Origin: Nitrospirota bacterium
GTDB lineage: Bacteria > Nitrospirota > Thermodesulfovibrionia > Thermodesulfovibrionales > Dissulfurispiraceae
Direction of reading: 5' to 3'
DNA: 64,000 nucleotides
Assembly (NCBI GenBank): GCA_963710375.1
Contig: CAVPZX010000004.1
Span: 256,001-320,000 of the forward strand
Shown: piece after piece, positions 1-10,036 of the stretch
Numbering within the stretch: the stretch's first letter is position 1
How the letters are laid out: every line of letters starts with the position of its first letter
Program-made: the position numbers and the translations under genes
The notes under the pieces: generated by a model
The model's input: only the letters and a program-made list of their open reading frames with translations
Told to the model about the DNA's origin: nothing
Databases searched by the model: none

Positions 1-547
1 GGGTATTACACATGCCGAAGTAAAAGTGCGGGTCATCCATTCATCTGTTGGCGGTATCAATGAATCCGATGTGATGCTTGCTGCGGCCTCAAATGCCATC
101 ATTATAGGGTTCAATGTTCGCCCGGAACTGAAGGCATCCCAGACAGCGGAAAAAGAAGGGGTCGACATAAGGCTTTACAATATCATCTATGAAGCCATTG
201 AGGATGTAAAGAAGGCGCTGGAAGGGCTCCTCGAGCCTATGCTCAGGGAAAAGGTCCTGGGCAGGGCCGAAGTGAGACAGCTTTTCCATGTCTCCAGGAT
301 AGGCACGATTGCGGGCTGTCATGTGATCGATGGGGCCATCCACCGCGCCAGCGACGGGATAAGGGTCATCAGAGACAATATCGTTGTCTACGAGGGGAAG
401 ATCGACTCGTTGAAAAGATTCAAAGAGGATACGAAGGAAGTGCAGACAGGGTATGACTGCGGCATCACTATAGAGAATTTCAATGATCTTAAAATCGGCG
501 ACATCCTAGAAAATTACATTATAGAAAGAATAGCGGCGAAACTATAA
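1..547 (+). CDS. infB: Translation initiation factor IF-2, C-terminal part (runs off window start)
   Basis: Motifs [49 protein letters not shown]; followed by rbfA. Confidence 0.97.
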   Translation, partial: GITHAEVKVRVIHSSVGGINESDVMLAAASNAIIIGFNVRPELKASQTAEKEGVDIRLYNIIYEAIEDVKKALEGLLEPMLREKVLGRAEVRQLFHVSRIGTIAGCHVIDGAIHRASDGIRVIRDNIVVYEGKIDSLKRFKEDTKEVQTGYDCGITIENFNDLKIGDILENYIIERIAAKL

Positions 548-551
548 GAAA

Positions 552-653
552 CAGGTTAAGGCTGAGGTTAAGGCTAAGAAAAAAGCGAGGATATAAAGAA
601 TAAGTATTACGGCAGCGCGTTTCTTTCTTAATCTTAACCTTGACCTTAACCTG
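552..653. repeat. Inverted repeat built from hexamer tandem units (AGGTTA/AGGCTG) between infB and rbfA
   Basis: caggttaaggctgaggttaaggctaagaaa (552-581) versus tttcttaatcttaaccttgaccttaacctg (624-653). Confidence 0.8.
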
Positions 654-663
654 CCTTTAAATC

Positions 664-1026
664 ATGCATCCATACAAAAGATCACAAAGATTAGGCATTC
701 TGCTCAGGGAAGAAATCGCCGATATTCTTATGAAGAAGGTGAAAGATCCCCGTCTGGGATTTATCACCGTTACTGATGTAGAATTGTCCGAGGACTTGAA
801 GATCGCACGGGTATTTATCAGTGTCTTGAAGGATGAGGACAAAGAACTGGCGCTTGAGATTCTGAATGCGGCAAAAGGGCTTATACGCAGCGAGGTGTCC
901 AGAAGAGTGAGGGTGAAGTTCATACCGGTTATCGAGTTCAAGATTGATAAGTCTATCGCTCACGGAGACCGTATTGACCGGCTGCTTAGCGAGATAAGGG
1001 AAAAAGGGTATTCTGAAGATGAATGA
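664..1026 (+). CDS. rbfA: 30S ribosome-binding factor A
   Basis: KDPRLGFITVTDVELSEDLKIARVF; conserved position after infB. Confidence 0.96.
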   Translation: MHPYKRSQRLGILLREEIADILMKKVKDPRLGFITVTDVELSEDLKIARVFISVLKDEDKELALEILNAAKGLIRSEVSRRVRVKFIPVIEFKIDKSIAHGDRIDRLLSEIREKGYSEDE

Positions 1027-2062
1027 GAGAGCTTTGTCTGTTGGAGTCAGCGGACTGCCGCCCGAGGACGTTGTCAATTTTTTTAAAAGGGGCGATGGCT
1101 TTTTTATAGTCAGCCATTTCAATCCCGATGGGGATACGCTGGGATCTGCCTGCGCACTTGGAATGGCACTTGAACAGCTAGGGAAGCATTGTGTCCTTGT
1201 ATGCAGGGATGCAGTACCCCAGCAATACGTCTTTTTGCCGGGTCAGGAAAGGTTCCTGACCTTCGAGGCTGTCAGTTCAGGGAGTATTGATTACACGCTC
1301 TATAAGAACCTTGTACTTGTGGATTGCAATCATATCAAGAGGACCGGTCTCGAAAAATCCACACTCTCCTCCATCGATTTTGCTGCATCGACCGTTATCG
1401 ACCACCATGAGACCGATAGGGGTTTCGGCGACATCAGATGGGTAGTGCCAGGGATAGCTGCCACAGGAATAATGGTGTATTATCTTATAAAGGCACTCGG
1501 GGTCACAATAACAGAACCGATGGCAGCCAATCTTTATGCAGCTCTTGTTGTCGATACAGGCAATTTCCGTTTCCCTAATACTTCCCCTGATGTTCTGCGT
1601 GTAGCTGCCGACCTCGCTGAAACAGGGGCTAGTCCTTATCTGATCCAGAAGGCGATAAACGAATCATGGAGCGAAGGCCGGTTCAGGTTGTTTGTCAAAG
1701 TTCTGTGTACGCTTTCCATAAATAACGACATCGCTATTACACACGTAACAAGAAAGATGTTTGAGGAAACAGCCACGACTCCCGATGACACTGAAAATTT
1801 TGCCTCCTTCGCCCTGACTATGAAAGATATTAAGGTTGCCGCATTTGTCCGGGAAGTGGACGACTATACTTGTAAAGTCAGTCTCAGGTCGGTAGATGAA
1901 GTTGATGTAGAGAAAGTCGCTGCTTCGTATGGCGGCGGCGGGCATAAAAACGCTGCAGGCTGTGTAGCTAAAGGGGAGTTGGAAACTGTGAAAGCGGAGT
2001 TGCTAACAAAACTAATCGTTACTGAGCCAACAATTTCTCGTACAACTCTTCAGGGGTTATAA
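1019..2062 (+). CDS. nrnA: DHH/DHHA1 phosphoesterase (NrnA-like oligoribonuclease/pAp phosphatase)
   Basis: HFNPDGD, IDHH, DTGNF, GGGGHKNAAG motifs; usual position after rbfA. Confidence 0.9.
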   Translation: MNERALSVGVSGLPPEDVVNFFKRGDGFFIVSHFNPDGDTLGSACALGMALEQLGKHCVLVCRDAVPQQYVFLPGQERFLTFEAVSSGSIDYTLYKNLVLVDCNHIKRTGLEKSTLSSIDFAASTVIDHHETDRGFGDIRWVVPGIAATGIMVYYLIKALGVTITEPMAANLYAALVVDTGNFRFPNTSPDVLRVAADLAETGASPYLIQKAINESWSEGRFRLFVKVLCTLSINNDIAITHVTRKMFEETATTPDDTENFASFALTMKDIKVAAFVREVDDYTCKVSLRSVDEVDVEKVAASYGGGGHKNAAGCVAKGELETVKAELLTKLIVTEPTISRTTLQGL

Positions 2063-3062
2063 TCGCCCCCCCTGGTCTTCCATAAAATAGTACCTCGGAC
2101 TTCCCGTTCACTGCGAGCCTGACATCCTCGACCATCTGCCCGGCATTCAGCTCGACAGTGATGAATCTTCTGTTACCCCCGGTCAGTGCCCGGATTGGCG
2201 CCTCAGGGAAAGGAAATAAGGTTATCGGTCTCAGAAGGCCGATTTTATGTCCCTCTTGCCGCAGCTTTCGTACAACAGACAATGCAATGCGTGCGGCTAT
2301 CCCGAACGCAACTACGATTAACTCGGCATCATCGGCAAAGAAGGTTTTGAACAGTGTTTCCTCACTCTTCATTTTATCGTATTTAGCCTGGAGCATATAA
2401 TTGCGCTGTTCCAGTTCACCTTCTCCCATAAAAAGGGATTTTATGACATTAGGCTGACGGCCGCTACAACCGGTCAGAGCCCATTTTTTTTCAGGGAGGT
2501 CGGGTCTCGTATAGGGGGTCGGCACAAAAGGCTCCATCATCTGTCCCAGGATGGCATCGCCAAGAATCATCACTGGGGTTCTGTATTCATCGGCCTTATC
2601 AAAGGACCGCATGGTGATGTCCCAAAGCTCTTGAAGATTATATGGGGCGTAAACCAAAACCTTATAGTCCCCATGTCCGCCGCCTTTTACAGCCTGGAAA
2701 TAATCGGCCTGGCTTGCCGAAATATTTCCCAGGCCGGGACCGCCCCTCTGCATATTGACGATTACGGCAGGCAGCTCAGCCCCGGCAAGAAATGAAATTC
2801 CCTCCTGTTTGAGACTTATACCAGGGCTGCTTGAAGATGTCATTGCCCGGGCGCCACAAGCAGATGCTCCGAAAACCATATTTATTGCCGCAATCTCGCT
2901 TTCCGCCTGGACAAATGTTCCTCCAACTTCAGGCAGTCGCCATGACATGTATTCAGGGATTTCATTCTGAGGCGTTATGGGATATCCTGCATAAAATCTG
3001 CATTCCGCCTGTACTGCGGCTTCAGCAATTGCCCCATTGCCTTTCATCAGGATGCGCTTCAT
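2019..3062 (-). CDS. vorB: 2-oxoacid:ferredoxin oxidoreductase alpha-type subunit (VorB-like)
   Basis: KGNGAIAEAA, YAGYPITPQNE, QAESEIAA, TSSSSPGISLKQE, RGGPGLG. Confidence 0.85.
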   Translation of the reverse strand: MKRILMKGNGAIAEAAVQAECRFYAGYPITPQNEIPEYMSWRLPEVGGTFVQAESEIAAINMVFGASACGARAMTSSSSPGISLKQEGISFLAGAELPAVIVNMQRGGPGLGNISASQADYFQAVKGGGHGDYKVLVYAPYNLQELWDITMRSFDKADEYRTPVMILGDAILGQMMEPFVPTPYTRPDLPEKKWALTGCSGRQPNVIKSLFMGEGELEQRNYMLQAKYDKMKSEETLFKTFFADDAELIVVAFGIAARIALSVVRKLRQEGHKIGLLRPITLFPFPEAPIRALTGGNRRFITVELNAGQMVEDVRLAVNGKSEVLFYGRPGGAIITPEELYEKLLAQ

Positions 3063-3070
3063 TCAGAAAA

Positions 3071-4210
3071 TTATAGCACTTCACCGTGCACCAATTCTAT
3101 TATCGTCACCTCAGGAGGGGCCAGAAAGCGTATTGGCGGTCCCCATGTGCCGCTGCCTCTGCTCACGTACAAGTGGGCCCTGCCAGGAAGTTTTTTATAC
3201 CCTGCATATACAGGGTAATAGATTTTCGTCAGGATGCTGAAGGGGAATATCTGCCCCTTATGCACATGCCCGGATATCTGGAGATCAAAGAGTCCATCGG
3301 AGCTTTTATCAACGAGAGGACGGTGTTTGAGCAACAAAATAAAGGAATTGCCGGTCAATGTCTGAAGCAGCGTTTTTTCAGAAATGGCCGTGGACAGTCC
3401 GAAAGCCTTTGCTGTTGGGTCATCCACTCCTGCAACCGTAATAGGCCCTGATGAGGCGCTTCCCCTGAGTATGGTGAAGCCGGCTTCCTGCGAAAAAATC
3501 AATGACTGTTCAATCCCGGCATAGAATTCATGGTTTCCTGTTACGGCAAACTTTCCGTATCTTGGATTAATTTCCCGAAGCATTGCGGCCAGACCGTTCC
3601 TCTTGCTGATCTGTCCGTCAACCAGATCACCTGTTGAAACTAGCATATCGGGACCTGCTTTTTTAACAACTGCCAGGATTCTGTTTAGACGTTCCTCTCT
3701 CACAATGAGCCCGAGATGCACGTCGGAAATCTGAACTATCCTGATCATGCCCAACTCGCTCGAAATTTTAGGAGTTGTGATGACTATCCTTTCAGTCCGA
3801 ATGTCTCTTGCTTGAAAGTAACCATATGCAGCTATAAAGAGCGATATAATCAGTGCGGTCATGAATAAATGGTAGCCCGAAACGGACATATGCGCATAGT
3901 TTCTTTTGGAGAAGAACCCTAAGGCATCAATCGCAAACCGGTAGCAATCGATAGGGGCCGCGGCTGAACAAAATAAGAACAGCACTCCCATCCATGTGTA
4001 TCCTGCAAATGCCGTGGGGCGTGCGATCGTATCGAATCCATATTTTTCCAAATTGTGGATTATAAACGGCATGAAAAGCATTACCAGCATAAAAAGCGCA
4101 AGCGCGATATTGGCGGCGGCCCCAAAAGCGAACGCGGCCCCGGCTTTCATAAAGGCATACCCATGCATACCTGCATAGAGCATGAAGAAAACAGTTAGGA
4201 ACAGGCTCAC
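3071..4210 (-). CDS. Membrane-anchored metallophosphoesterase (YkuE/YaeI-like)
   Basis: DVHLG, TGDLVD, GNHE, GHVHKGQ, GTWGPPIR motifs after TM helices; GTG start at 4210 with GGAGG upstream; the longer ORF-track start lies inside a repeat. Confidence 0.88.
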   Translation of the reverse strand: MSLFLTVFFMLYAGMHGYAFMKAGAAFAFGAAANIALALFMLVMLFMPFIIHNLEKYGFDTIARPTAFAGYTWMGVLFLFCSAAAPIDCYRFAIDALGFFSKRNYAHMSVSGYHLFMTALIISLFIAAYGYFQARDIRTERIVITTPKISSELGMIRIVQISDVHLGLIVREERLNRILAVVKKAGPDMLVSTGDLVDGQISKRNGLAAMLREINPRYGKFAVTGNHEFYAGIEQSLIFSQEAGFTILRGSASSGPITVAGVDDPTAKAFGLSTAISEKTLLQTLTGNSFILLLKHRPLVDKSSDGLFDLQISGHVHKGQIFPFSILTKIYYPVYAGYKKLPGRAHLYVSRGSGTWGPPIRFLAPPEVTIIELVHGEVL

Positions 4211-4223
4211 AGCAACCTCCGGT

Positions 4224-4382
4224 ACGGTCTCGTAAAAAATCCATATGCTGCGTTGCGCTGCATCCTTCGTCACTCGCACCCCAAAAGACTTTGGCTTTTG
4301 GGGACCCCGTGCGGCGTACCCATAAGTACGCCTCATTCCTCAGGATTTGCGCGCCTTGCCTATGGACTTTTTACGAAACCGT
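4224..4382. mobile_element. 159-bp MITE-like element, family A, copy 1
   Basis: 22-bp imperfect TIRs acggtctcgtaaaaaatccata / tatggactttttacgaaaccgt; internal hairpins; near-identical copy at 51663-51821. Confidence 0.85.
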
Positions 4383-4410
4383 CAATCTTCTTTCTGTGTT
4401 AAAATAACAC

Positions 4411-6180
4411 ATGTCGGTAATTACAGTCCTGCCCGTATCCCTTCGCAATAAAATCGCAGCCGGTGAAGTGGTTGAACGCCCTGCCTCAGTTGTGAAAGAA
4501 CTTATCGAAAATGCCATCGATGCCGAAAGCACTCGCATCTCGGTCGAGACAGTGCGCGCAGGTAAGAAGCTTATTCATGTTTCCGATAACGGGACAGGCA
4601 TGGACAGAGAGGATGCGGTCAGGGCGTTTGAACGCTATGCTACAAGCAAGATAAAAGAAGAGCAGGACCTTTTCAATCTCAAGACAATGGGGTTCCGCGG
4701 AGAGGCCCTTTCCTCCATAGCAGCTGTTTCAAAGATGACGCTGATGACAGCGGTGCGAAGCGGCGAATATGGTCCCGTTGCTCTTGGGACTTGTGTTGAG
4801 ATCGCCGGTGGAGAAATAGTATCGGTCAAAGATTGTGCTGCTGCGGGGACCAGTATCGAGGTAAGGGAGCTTTTTTTCAATACGCCTGCTCGCCGCAAAT
4901 TTCTTAAATCGGATGCTACTGAAAACTACCACATCATTGATACCTTCACCAGGGAGGCTTTGTCCCATCCCCATTTAATGTTTGTTTTGAGAATGGACGG
5001 CAGCGAAGTATTCAGTTTGCCTGCCGCATTTTCTCTGCGAGAGAGGCTTCTTCAGCTTTATGGCAAGGATTTTATTGACGGGCTTATTGAACACGGCCCA
5101 TCTCATGATGTGGATACGGGGATGACTATCAGTGTGTTTACGAGCGGGCTGGCGCATATGAAGAATAACAGGAATACCCAGTTTATCTTTGTGAACAGGC
5201 GGCCTGTCAAAGACCAGTCAGTCGCCTATGCTGTTTGTAAGGCCTATGAAGGCATGGTCCCAAAGGAAAAGAATCCCGCATTTTTTCTGTTCCTTGATAT
5301 CGATGCAGCCCAGGTGGATTTCAATGTGCATCCTGCCAAAAGAGAAGTACGCTTTGCGCAAAAGACCGGCATATTTGATTTTGTGTGCAATGCCGTTAAG
5401 GAAGGGTTAAAAAAAGATCCGGGATACTGTTTTAGCGATGTGGGTTTTAATGAGCCCGCTCCATCCCCGGTTTCCGGAGATTGGGGTCCTCGGGATTGGT
5501 ATCAGCAGAGTCCTGCCGGAGCAGCACTTCCTGTGGGCCTAATTTCCGAACAGACAGGGACCTTCTCTACGGGTCCGGCCCCGATTCTTTACTTCGGCGA
5601 TACGTTTGTTGCGGTCGCCGCATGCGGAGGACTTGTTTTGCTTGACTACCACGCAGCGCACGAAAGGGTCAACTACGAAAGATTTCTGAAAAGAAGGGAC
5701 CTCCAGGCTTTCCGCCTGCTTTTCCCCCTGCAGGTAAAATTGCAGCGAGGGGAATATGCTGTCCTTCTTGAGCACTTGAACCTGCTTAACGAGGTGGGGC
5801 TTGAGGCTGAGGATTTCGGCCACGATACAATTCTCATACGGAGCATTCCCGAGGTGCTCAGGGACGTCGATCTCGCCTCTCTTGTAAGTGATGTCGCCGC
5901 AGCTCTTCTCGAAATTCCCGGGATAAGCTCCTCAAAAAACATTTCGGGTTCTGCCGTGCATGCCGGGGAGTCCGGACCGGTTGAGTTAATAAGAAAGTCG
6001 ATTGCCGCCCGCCTGGCATGTCACAGTTCAATAAGGGGGAAGGAAATACCTGACGGCATCAGGGTGGCCGAATTATTGAAATCCCTTGATACAACCGACA
6101 ACCCTCACAGCTGCCCCCACGGCAGGCCGACGAGAATCGTCATCTCTCTTGACGAAGTAAGAAAGATGTTTAAGAAGTGA
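4411..6180 (+). CDS. mutL: DNA mismatch repair endonuclease MutL
   Basis: IAAGEVVERPASVVKELIENAIDA, GFRGEALSSI, DFNVHPAKREV, DYHAAHERVNYE, CPHGRP. Confidence 0.97.
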   Translation: MSVITVLPVSLRNKIAAGEVVERPASVVKELIENAIDAESTRISVETVRAGKKLIHVSDNGTGMDREDAVRAFERYATSKIKEEQDLFNLKTMGFRGEALSSIAAVSKMTLMTAVRSGEYGPVALGTCVEIAGGEIVSVKDCAAAGTSIEVRELFFNTPARRKFLKSDATENYHIIDTFTREALSHPHLMFVLRMDGSEVFSLPAAFSLRERLLQLYGKDFIDGLIEHGPSHDVDTGMTISVFTSGLAHMKNNRNTQFIFVNRRPVKDQSVAYAVCKAYEGMVPKEKNPAFFLFLDIDAAQVDFNVHPAKREVRFAQKTGIFDFVCNAVKEGLKKDPGYCFSDVGFNEPAPSPVSGDWGPRDWYQQSPAGAALPVGLISEQTGTFSTGPAPILYFGDTFVAVAACGGLVLLDYHAAHERVNYERFLKRRDLQAFRLLFPLQVKLQRGEYAVLLEHLNLLNEVGLEAEDFGHDTILIRSIPEVLRDVDLASLVSDVAAALLEIPGISSSKNISGSAVHAGESGPVELIRKSIAARLACHSSIRGKEIPDGIRVAELLKSLDTTDNPHSCPHGRPTRIVISLDEVRKMFKK

Positions 6181-6264
6181 AAAAGCTCCGGACCCCGCCT
6201 TTCACCTATCTTCACTTATTTACTTATAAATTAATTTTATGGTAAACTTAATTCCTTAACCACT

Positions 6265-7170
6265 ATGGAAGACCACAAGTTAAAAGTTTTTTGCACCGTT
6301 GCCGAGACAAAAAGTTTTTCAAAGACGTCTCAAGTTATTCACCTGACCCAGCCTGCAGTGAGCCTGCTGATTCAAGCCCTTGAGGAACTATATGAAACAA
6401 AACTCTTTGACCGTTCAAGCGGTTCTATCAACCTTACTTCTTCGGGTGAAGTGCTGTACAATCATGCCAAGACTATCCTTGCGCATTACGCCGAACTGGA
6501 AAAGGACATAGGTAAAATAACCGGGCTTATAAAAGGAAGCCTAACGATCGGAGCAAGTACGACCATAGGCAACTACCTGCTTCCGAGCGTTATCTTCAAT
6601 TTCAAGAAAACTCATCCTAAGATCAAAATTAATATACTGATCGGAAATACAGACAGGGTGTTTGATCTGCTGAATTCAGGCGTCGTAGAATGTGGGCTTG
6701 TAGAAGGTGAAACGACCAGGAGTAAAATTAAAGTCGAAGCGTTGCTCACCGATGAACTTGTCTTCATACTGCCGGCGATGCACCCCCTGGCAAAGCAGAA
6801 GTCCATTTCAATCCTTGAACTCATGAAAGAGCCGTTTATAATCCGTGAGGAAGGTTCCGGGACTCGACAGGTAATTGAAAAGTATATGGGCTTACAAGGA
6901 ATAAAGGTTTCCGATCTGCATATTGTCCTAGTTTTTGGTGGGACCGAATCAATAAAGACAGCGGTTGAACGCGGGATGGGCATCTCAATTGTATCGCGAT
7001 GGGCTGTCCAGAAGGAACTACAATTTGGTACCCTGAAATACATTACCGCCAAAGAAGGACGGATACTGAGGGACTTCTCTCTTGTAGTGTCGAAAAATGC
7101 GGTATTCTCTCGCGCCGTCGATGAGTTCCTCTCCTACCTCAGGGTATACTCCTTCGAGATGCTCCTATAG
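6265..7170 (+). CDS. LysR-family transcriptional regulator (CysL-like)
   Basis: N-terminal HTH SFSKTSQVIHLTQPAVS, GASTTIGNYLLP, REEGSGTR. Confidence 0.92.
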   Translation: MEDHKLKVFCTVAETKSFSKTSQVIHLTQPAVSLLIQALEELYETKLFDRSSGSINLTSSGEVLYNHAKTILAHYAELEKDIGKITGLIKGSLTIGASTTIGNYLLPSVIFNFKKTHPKIKINILIGNTDRVFDLLNSGVVECGLVEGETTRSKIKVEALLTDELVFILPAMHPLAKQKSISILELMKEPFIIREEGSGTRQVIEKYMGLQGIKVSDLHIVLVFGGTESIKTAVERGMGISIVSRWAVQKELQFGTLKYITAKEGRILRDFSLVVSKNAVFSRAVDEFLSYLRVYSFEMLL

Positions 7171-7321
7171 AATGCAGCAGGCTGGTCTTTCTCATTCACT
7201 CAATACTTAGCCAGGCAAGTACATTATTCCGGTTCTCCAGTTCGCGCAGCAATGACTTTTACTGCATTCTTACCTTACAATAAGGATAATACGGGTAAAG
7301 ATATGGTTAGAAACAATCTTT

Positions 7322-9206
7322 ATGTTATCTAAAAGCTATTTCCAAGAAATTGGAAAATACCTTATGAAAAAACCAAAAGGTATGACATATACTTTGGGGA
7401 CTAAGTCACATCTCAATATACCGGTAGTAGCAGCAGTATTAGTAGGCGTTGCCTTATCCGTGATTGCCTTTGCATCTAGTTATTACGCTGAAAAGAAAGT
7501 CATGCAGGCAGAATTCAATGAAGATGTGGAAAACCTTTATTCCGCATTGAAGAGAGAACTCGACAGTGATATCTCCGTGCTCGCATCGTTTCAAGCCCTC
7601 TATTATACATCTGGAAACCACGTAGAAAGGTCTGAATTCCGGAATTTTACAAACCATATTCTGAAGCAGCATGCAAGTATTCGAGACCTTGCGTGGATAC
7701 CACGTGTACCTGATACCCGTAGAGGGGCATATGAGCGGGCTGCAAGAAAAGAAGGCTTCCCTGATTTTCAATTCACCGAAAATATTGCACAGGGACAGAT
7801 GAAGAGGGCGGAGAAGCAAAAGGAATATTTCCCGGTCTATTTTATCGAACCCTATAAGGGCAACGAGATAGCCCTTGGTTTTAATCTTGGTTCCAATGCC
7901 TCACCACTGGAGGCTTTGGAAGTAGCCCGAAAGACAGGCGAGATAAGTGCCACAGAAAAAATAATCCTTGTCCAGGAGACCAAGAGTCAATTCGGTTTTT
8001 TCGTTTTTGCGCCGATCTACAAGGAAGGGGCGTTCGACAAATTCTGATAAGGCCCGATGGGATAATCTGGAAGGCTTTGTTTCATGCGTCTTTAGATTCA
8101 GCGACATTGCCGAGAAAGCAATCGGTTATATACAACCTGAAGGCGTCGATTTTTTTATATATGACGAATCGGCGCCTGAGAAAGAACGGTTTCTTTATAC
8201 ACATTCATCACTCTATAGTAAAACGCCTTTGCTTAACCAAAATCGGCCGGAAACGAACTTGATTAGCAAAAAGTTTCTCGATGTCGGGGGGCGTAAATGG
8301 ATGGTAATCTATTCGGCCACACCGGATTACATCGCAGAAATGAGCAGTTGGCATCCCTGGGGAATCCTTCTGGCGGGATTAGCGTTTACAGGACTAGTTG
8401 GTGGTTTCCTGTTTGTCAGTGGAAAACATAACGAACATGTTGAAAAGTTGGTAAAGAATTTATCGGACATCAATACAAATCTCAAGCATGAAATTGTGGC
8501 ACGCGAAAAATACGAGAAAGAGTTGAGCAACTCTCGCGAACAACTGCGCCACCTTGCCTCCTATCTGCAGACAGTCCGGGAAAAGGAGCGGACGGTGATT
8601 GCACGGGAAATACATGATGAACTGGGACAATCACTGACGGCATTGAAATTTGATTTGATGAACCTCACTAGAGATATTGACAGGCTCGAAGGGCGGGAGC
8701 GTTCCGCCATATGCGACAGGATGCAGTTAATATCAGGTTTTATTGACGAGCTTTCCGAAAAGGTACATAAAATTGCGATGGCACTCAGGCCGGGGATACT
8801 GGATCATCTCGGGTTAACGTCAGCCATAGAGTGGCAGTTGCTGGATTTTCAGAAAAGAACGGGGATTTCAGCTGAGTACTCTCATGCAGTCAAGACAGCC
8901 GTCAATAGAGAGATAGCAACTGCTATTTTCCGCATCTTACAGGAGGCTTTAACAAATATAATCAGGCATGCCAATGCCACAAGGGTCGAAGTGAGATTAA
9001 AAGAAGAAGCCGGAAACCTGATTTTAGTGATCGAGGATAATGGAGAAGGGTTTTCGGAAAATAATTTAAAGGATGAATATTCTCTTGGACTGCTTGGAAT
9101 GAAGGAACGTGCCTATTCATTGGGAGGAACTCTGGATATAACAACCACTATAGGAGCAGGCACTAAAGTTGTTGTTAGTGTTCCGAACAGAGAGGAGCAG
9201 CTGTGA
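7322..9206 (+). pseudogene. CHASE-domain NarX/UhpB-type sensor histidine kinase, split by a one-base frameshift near 8021 (pseudogene or sequence error)
   Basis: CHASE sequence (YFPVYFIEP...FAPIY) in 7322-8047 continues in another frame as RKG..NSDKARWDNLEGFV, then TM, IAREIHDELGQ, QEALTNIIRHA, DNGEGF. Confidence 0.8.
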
Positions 9207-9832
9207 TCAAGGTGGCAATAGTAGATGACCATCGGATGGTCCTTGATGGCCTGAAACAGATACTATCACACGAGCCTGACATCGAAGTAGCCGGAGAGGC
9301 ATGCAATGCCGACGAAGGTATCAGGTGCTTATTGAAGCAGGATATAGACATCGCGATCCTGGATATTTCCCTTCCGGACAAAAGTGGTCTTGATATTCTG
9401 GATATAGTGAAGACCAAAAAACCTAAACTGCGAGTGCTTATCCTGAGCGCCTTTCCGGAGAAGCAATATGCTGTTCGAGCCTTAAAGTCCGGGGCATCCG
9501 GATATTTGACCAAGAACAGCGCTCCGCAGGAACTTGTGGACGCTATAAGAAGAATAAACAGCGGCGGAAAATATATTACCGCTTCCTTAGCTGAGAAACT
9601 CACCGACATTTTGACATCCGATGACAAAATGCCCCATGAGAGGCTATCCAACCGTGAATTCGAGATTATGCGTATGATAGCAGCTGGAAAGACAACAGGA
9701 GAGATCGCTGAAATTCTCTTCATAAGCCCCAGTACCGTAGGCACTTACAGATCCAGGATTATGGAGAAAATGGCTATGAAGACCAATGCCGACTTGACAC
9801 GATATGTTGTGGAAAACAGACTTAATAGTTAG
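9203..9832 (+). CDS. NarL/LuxR-family response regulator
   Basis: REC domain (VDDH, LDISLP) and LuxR HTH (LSNREFEI..TVGTYRSRIMEK); overlaps the kinase stop. Confidence 0.93.
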   Translation: MIKVAIVDDHRMVLDGLKQILSHEPDIEVAGEACNADEGIRCLLKQDIDIAILDISLPDKSGLDILDIVKTKKPKLRVLILSAFPEKQYAVRALKSGASGYLTKNSAPQELVDAIRRINSGGKYITASLAEKLTDILTSDDKMPHERLSNREFEIMRMIAAGKTTGEIAEILFISPSTVGTYRSRIMEKMAMKTNADLTRYVVENRLNS

Positions 9833-10036
9833 TCAGGCCTGCCTTACACTTCTTTTAAATTAGATTTAATCAGGTAAAACAAAACCCCCCGTAACCGTTT
9901 GTAGTTAAATCCACTACAAAGAAATCGTTAATTCAACTACATAAAATAGGGGGTTTTAACGATCTATTTGCTGGATGTTTATTCCGATAACAAATAAACA
10001 GGGATTGTGATATCAAAATAATCAAGGAGGATGAAG

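Noticed and set aside
4211..4336. N-terminal extension of the phosphoesterase ORF
   Set aside because: It is translated MITE sequence; a GTG with a GGAGG SD at 4210 is the better start
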